The notes beneath the pieces are model-generated. The model made no database searches. It was not told where the DNA came from and was given only the letters and a program-made list of their open reading frames with translations. The position numbers and the translations under genes are program-made. A stretch of DNA of 64,000 nucleotides from Blepharisma stoltei ATCC 30299. Its lineage: Eukaryota > Protista > Ciliophora. Positions 58,802-64,000 of the stretch are shown here, in pieces (position 1 is the first letter of the stretch; each line of letters starts with the position of its first letter). The stretch is from contig CBFDEM010000053.1 in assembly GCA_965603825.1 (NCBI GenBank), positions 620,001 through 684,000 of the forward strand. The letters are read 5' to 3'.

Positions 58802-60202
58802 ATGAAGCTTATACTAGTCACCTTATTTTTTGCAGCCCTAGGGGTACAGTTTGATGTCAAAACAGAGGGTATATCAGTTATCAAGTCTGGAGAAGTCCTA
58901 AAAGAATGAAATCCAGATTATAATTCAGGCTCTGCATGCCATCCTGTCCCACAAGTGCATGAAGGTGAAGGAATGAATTATCGTGATTTCACATTTATAA
59001 ACACAGAAAATACCTCCCTCAGAATAAATAATCTAAAAGTCGATGCTGATAATCAGTCTATTCTAATTCCGGATTTCACAGGTTTGGATAATGAAAATTT
59101 TGGCCCTAGAGAGTCGAAAACAGTAAAATTGAATTATTATTGCACTGGAGAGCCGGGTTGGAGTGTTGTACACATATCGTTTACTATTTCGAGTGATACT
59201 GATAAAAATTATGAAATGAAATTTGTTAAAATTTGTGATAGCAGCAATATTTCAAATTTCGACTGGTCAATGATGATTTTATTGATTATTGCGATCATTG
59301 TGGTCGGATTTTCTGCATGGTCAGCTAAAATTGTAAGAGTGCTCCCGAATATGCCAGAAGACGCAAATGAGCTGCAAACAATTCATGCTGTATTATTTAT
59401 TGCGTGTGGGTCAATATTTTTAATAGTGCTCTTCCTATTCAAATCGTACCTAGAAAATATTTTAACTGCTATTATCTGTGCCGCCTCAATCGGAGCAATC
59501 ACATTTGTCTTAGATTTTCTTTTTGAGTCCTGGCGCTGGGAATCTGCCTGAACTTTCCCTTATATCGGCGAAGTAAAACAAAAAACTTTGGCATTGGTAT
59601 CAGTTTCTACAACAATTATCCTCTTCTATTTATTTACCAGAAACTGAATTCTTAACAATATCATAGGAATTTGTTATACCTTTATGGTGATAAAATCAGT
59701 CAAAATTTCAAATTTTAAGATTGGAGCTTTATTGCTAGGCCTAGCCTTTTTTTATGATATTTTTTGGGTTTTTTTATCAGAAAAAGTGTTCGGTGCTAAT
59801 GTAATGGTGACTGTAGCCACAGGCTTGGACCTCCCATTAAAAATCCAGTGCCCTCATATACAGCCTTTGCCTATACAAAAAACATGTGGAATGATAGGAT
59901 TAGGAGATCTAGCGTTACCAGGGTTACTTATAGCATACGCTTCTAGACTGGATCATATTTATCAGTCAAATTATTTGAGGACAATGATGGTTTGCTATGC
60001 AATTGCGCTTTTTATGTGTACTTTTGTATTGGCTGTTTTTCATGCTGCACAGCCTGCTTTGTTATATATTTCGCCGATGCTTATTTTTGGGATGCTGATT
60101 CAGGCAGTTATGAGAAAAGAACTGCCTAAGGTGTGGGAAGGGCGAAGACCAACAACAAATTTACTGCATACAGAAGTTGCTTTACAAGAATTTAGGGCAT
60201 AG
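58802..60202 (+). CDS. Signal peptide peptidase-like (A22B) intramembrane aspartyl protease
   Basis: Signal peptide; FYDIFWVF, GLGD, QPALLY; TGA=W at 58907, 59549, 59645. Confidence 0.92.
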
Positions 60203-60341
60203 ATATTAATATCTCTAATATTTTAATAGGATTAAATTATTAAATAAATTAAATTTTTGCTTCTCCCTCAATAAATAAGCCATTGCCTCCCAATTTCACT
60301 TAAAATTTAAATCTGAATTAATCTAATGCTTACTAATAAAT

Positions 60342-61085
60342 ATGAAGCCCACTATAAGAACTCAAAGAGTTGAGCGCTGCCAAGTCGCAGAACTTATGGC
60401 TCCCCCCAAGCGACTTACAGATGTCGACTATAAACGCAAAAACTACCAAAACCTCAAAAAATCCCAAGAAGAGAACAAAAAGAAAAAGGAAGAAGAAGAA
60501 ACCCGCCCTCAAAAAGAGCCTTTCAAGCTCAGCAGGTTTAAAAATGTGGAAAGCATAGTCTATAAAAACCCTGAAGAAGTAAAAAAGCCAAGAAAAGCTT
60601 CAGCGCCTGTTGGTGGGCCACAAGTAGTTGTATATGACCCTGAAGATGAAGGCGTAACCAGGAATGATGGTGAAAAAGACTATGTAAAAGACAATTATAA
60701 AGCAGCTATAGTCCAAGCTCCTATTAAGCCTGTAGAAAAGCAGGAAGAAAACGCAAAAGCACTGAATCCAAATTATGGAAAAGTCCCACAATATTTGGAA
60801 GATTATAAAGCGCAAAGAGAAGCCGATAGAGAAACCAAAAGAAGGCAAGAAGAAGACGCAAAATGCCCGCCTGGGATGAGACTTATGCCAGAAGAAGAAA
60901 GGCTAGAAACGCTTGAAATTCTTCAAAAAGGGAAAGATGATGTATGGATGCTTATAAATAAACTTCCTATCGCATCAAATACGCAGTCTGTAATAAGAAG
61001 GCGTGAAGAGTATGAAAAAAAGCTGCAGGAGCTTGAAAATGCAATAAAAACGTTTTCAAGACCAAAAGTTTATGTAGCGCTCTAA
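60342..61085 (+). CDS. Enkurin-domain protein
   Basis: YGKVPQYL, CPPGMRLMPEEERLETL, LENAIKTFSRPKVYV. Confidence 0.9.
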   Translation: MKPTIRTQRVERCQVAELMAPPKRLTDVDYKRKNYQNLKKSQEENKKKKEEEETRPQKEPFKLSRFKNVESIVYKNPEEVKKPRKASAPVGGPQVVVYDPEDEGVTRNDGEKDYVKDNYKAAIVQAPIKPVEKQEENAKALNPNYGKVPQYLEDYKAQREADRETKRRQEEDAKCPPGMRLMPEEERLETLEILQKGKDDVWMLINKLPIASNTQSVIRRREEYEKKLQELENAIKTFSRPKVYVAL

Positions 61086-61102
61086 CTTATCAATTCTTAT
61101 AT

Positions 61103-61957
61103 TTATGCACTAATAAATACTTGAAGTTCACTTGTATTTTCCAAATCTCTTTCTTTGAATTTTTGATAAGGAATATAGCTGACTTCTAGTATTTTCCCAT
61201 CAAAAGTTAAGCTGTTTAAAAAACCTCTGACTGATTTAGCTTCCTGAATAGTTGGGAACTCTAAATATACATTTCCAATAGACCTTCCTGACCTTGGTAT
61301 ATAAATTTCCATCACTTGTCCTAGCTGTTCTATTTCTTGTTTTATTTCACATACAAGGTTTTCATAATCTTCATCACTAATAAGGTCTTCTCTTGGCGCC
61401 ATTCCATGTACACACAATATTTGGCTTGACAAATTGACTTTCATTGGTTTTAAAGGACCTTGCTTATTCACATCAGTAATATTTGCGAATGCAGAAATTG
61501 TAGGCAGCGTATATCCACCCATCAAAGTGTTTCTGTCAGTAACTGAAGCGGGCTGGAGACCCATATAAGTCTTAGGTCTGCCTACCTTAAGATTTTGTCC
61601 TAAAATAGGGTAGTTGTTCAGAGAAAATGCAAGGTTTGCCTCTTCTATGCTGCGAAATTCAACAAATGCATAATGCCCGTCTTGGCTTATTCAAGCACTG
61701 AGAACTGGACTGCCTGGGTATGCGTTGAGTTTTTTGTTTATTAAAGCTGTGTTGAGAAGGTCGACTAGCTGGCTTTGAGTGATACCGGCTGGGAGATTTC
61801 CAACATAGAGTTTTCGGTCGACTTTTGAAGTTTGGGCATTTTTGACTGTTTCTAAACTTTTAAGGATATCTTTTTCGTCATCTATTGGGTCATAGTCGGT
61901 GAAGCGGGATTTTCGTTGCCTTCTTGGACTTCTTGACCTAGGTCTATTATATGACAT
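61103..61957 (-). CDS. U2AF65/U2AF2-like splicing factor, reduced (short RS, RRM1, UHM)
   Basis: RKLYVGNLP..., PGSPVLSA[TGA=W]ISQDGHYAFVEFRSIEEA..., LKVGRPKTY; then UHM (L..DEDYENLVCEIKQE...G.V..I.IPR, GNVYLEF, FDGK). 284 aa. Confidence 0.85.
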
Positions 61958-62307
61958 TTATAAAAAGCAGATTCTGAAGCAATTTATCATAATTTGAGCG
62001 TTTATTATTAGAAAATGAAAACTTACAGTACAAGCCATTAGTTTTAAAATTTTTAATCAGCATACACAAAATACCAATAATAATATTAATTAAATACCAT
62101 CTTACTTAATTTTTGATAGTAAATTATTTCCAATTATATCAGATGGCGCCAGTGCTTAGAGCATTGACTAAAAACCACAATTTAAAAATAAAAATTTCAT
62201 AAGGTGTATTAGTAAGATAATATTGCTATTAAAAAAGGTTTTGCTTCTAAAAGAATTTAAAATCACCCATTTATATCCATATACATAATAATTTTATCCG
62301 TGTATCG

Positions 62308-63003
62308 ATGCAATCTTACCTTATACCTCCTCAATTTCAAGAGGCTGAATCTGGCTTCAGCTCTGAAATGATGATAAAGGCTCTGGAGAACAACAATAAA
62401 TACCTCATGACGATGTGTCTCTATTCCAAAAGTCTCACTGACGGAATGGCTACTCTGCTGTCTGATTTCGAAAGGCTAAAATCTCATTGTTATAATTGAA
62501 AAGACCCCTCAAGTCGAGCTCCTACTAAAGAGGATCTTCTCCGGCAGTTTACTTCTCTTAGAAATTTCCAATTTTCACTGAAGCTGGCTTCAAGCATAAC
62601 GATCCCCGTTTGCAAGAAAAAAACCTTTGGGCTGAACGTGTATTTAAAGGTGCATACAAATGAAGAATTAGATGAATCATTTAAAATCAATTTAGAAGCT
62701 GTACTTTACCTTGCGGAAAATCCGCCAGTAAAGCTTACGACAAGCAAGGCAGGCAAGCCACCTCTTGTCGGGAATACTAAGACAACTCTTTCTTGGAATC
62801 AGAAGAAAAATTGCTACGCTGCAAGTTTTAAGCTGAAAGCAAACGAAGTGTCGTCGCACTATAGGAACGGATGGTTCTTCTTAGTCATTATGCCTGAAGC
62901 AAATTCAGGATTTGATATAAAGCCGTTGGTGATTGAAAATTTCAATGTTAAAGCAAAACAAGTTTCTTGCGTTCAGTTTAACGAAAAACCAGATAATGAA
63001 TAA
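62308..63003 (+). CDS. Uncharacterised protein with C-terminal beta-sandwich-like domain (possible DNA-binding)
   Basis: ORFs joined by TGA=W at 62497-99; EVSSHYRNGWFFLV...IKPLVIE..VKAK. Confidence 0.75.
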
Positions 63004-63758
63004 TTAATGTTAGTACAAGAATTATCATTTTATTAAAATCATGGAAAATATTTTGAGTGAGCTGCATTCCGTGTCCGAAATCGCAAAATTATTTTACTTT
63101 AAAAGAAATTAAGATTGATGGTATGAAGAAATTAAAACTGCGTCTTGCAGGATTATAGAAATATTTAAATGTGTTGAATGTAGTCTTAGTACTTTTAAAT
63201 AATATTTTAAGTATTAATATAATTTAAGTATATTAAATATGATAGTGGTAAGATAAATTAAGATAAATTATCTTAATGATTGATTTTACAGTTATGAAGT
63301 TATATGCTGCCGAATAACCAGTTTTGCTATCTACCTAATTCCCAAAATCTGGGGTATTGCTCATAACAAAAGTGAGAGATATAAAATCAAAGTAAATTAA
63401 TATAACTATTTCAAAACCAATTTTAACATGTAAGTTTACATAGTGCACTAAAGCTTAATTTAAAAACAAAAAACTGAAAATTTTCTATTGGCTTTAACTA
63501 GCACCCTAAGCTTAATAAAAAATTTATAATATCATTAACGACTATAATAGTTATTAAATCATAATTTATTCTAGGGATATAAGCTTAAGATTCTAAAGCA
63601 AAAGAAGTATAAAAGTCTTTAATGGTTTTGGCTTTTTATTTGCAATTAAGCCATCAAAGCATTTCCCTTGATATCCTTTTATTATATGCTTAACTGAAGA
63701 GAATTAATTTCATTTTCCTTTTCTCCTTCAACATGCATTTTATAAAGAAATAAAGTGC

Positions 63759-64000
63759 ATGAAAAAAGGAAATAGAAGTGAGCGACGTTTAGTTACACGC
63801 ACAAAAAGATCAAAAACACCAACAACTATTGAAGGAAATGACAGCTTTAATGCAACTTATTTGAAATCACCTAGCCCTATTACACACAGACGCAAAAGTA
63901 CAAGCGAATTTGACTTGCAAAAAATTCTTGCTATTATACCATATAGCTTAGGAAAAATTCAGAAGCCTGCTACATATAGAAAAGAACTGGCTAAAATATA
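63759..64000 (+). CDS. Partial ORF running off the window end
   Basis: ATG 63759, MKKGNRSERRLVTRTKRSKTP..., open to 64000. Confidence 0.55.
   Translation, partial: MKKGNRSERRLVTRTKRSKTPTTIEGNDSFNATYLKSPSPITHRRKSTSEFDLQKILAIIPYSLGKIQKPATYRKELAKI

Noticed and set aside
1-61085. Cluster of cilia-related genes (dynein, TTLL, CLAMP, UNC119, kinesin-13, enkurin)
   Set aside because: They are interspersed with unrelated genes; this density is expected in a ciliate genome.
1278-62499. TGA as selenocysteine
   Set aside because: Alignable TGAs fall at Trp or aromatic positions, not redox Cys positions, and the 3' spacers are mostly too short for SECIS elements.
281-62690. Many short antisense or overlapping ORFs in the supplied track (e.g. 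1612-1941, 25211-25741, 56501-56902)
   Set aside because: They are shadow frames of real genes, with Ser/Phe/Leu-rich composition and no motifs.
2217-63003. Apparent pseudogenes or split genes
   Set aside because: Breaks are explained by TGA=Trp or by consensus tiny introns; XAP5 is the one unresolved case.

Overview
AT-rich, very gene-dense eukaryotic (ciliate macronuclear-type) DNA. TGA is read as Trp at conserved positions, every gene end I could resolve is TAA/TAG, and introns are 15-18 nt (GT...A-nnn-AG). This combination points to a heterotrich ciliate, most likely Blepharisma (inference). The standard-code ORF track therefore fragments many genes. Re-reading with TGA=Trp and tiny introns gives about 48 protein-coding genes (two partial at the edges), including dynein heavy chain, TTLL, H2B, Spc24-like, SABATH methyltransferase, Arp1, TRM112, RPLP2, CNG/EAG-type channel, XAP5, UTP11, LMBRD2-like, CDC14, UNC119, TBC, DHHC, P4-ATPase, cyclin, FAR-DHAPAT fusion, PPME1, kinesin-13 and SPPL. 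No tRNA, rRNA, mobile element, telomere or CRISPR was recognised. Most interesting: (1) a U2AF65-like splicing factor lacking RRM2 in a genome whose introns have no polypyrimidine tract; (2) a tandem pair of ~50-nt box C/D snoRNA-like units upstream of RPLP2; (3) a 451-aa Trp-rich protein resembling the plant starch-binding ESV1/LESV proteins; (4) a secreted S28 peptidase homolog lacking catalytic Ser and His; (5) a SABATH methyltransferase; (6) an LRR protein with a degenerate PARP-like domain; (7) off-length 17/18-nt introns and 12-25 nt intergenic spacers. All protein-family calls are from manual motif recognition, not database searches.
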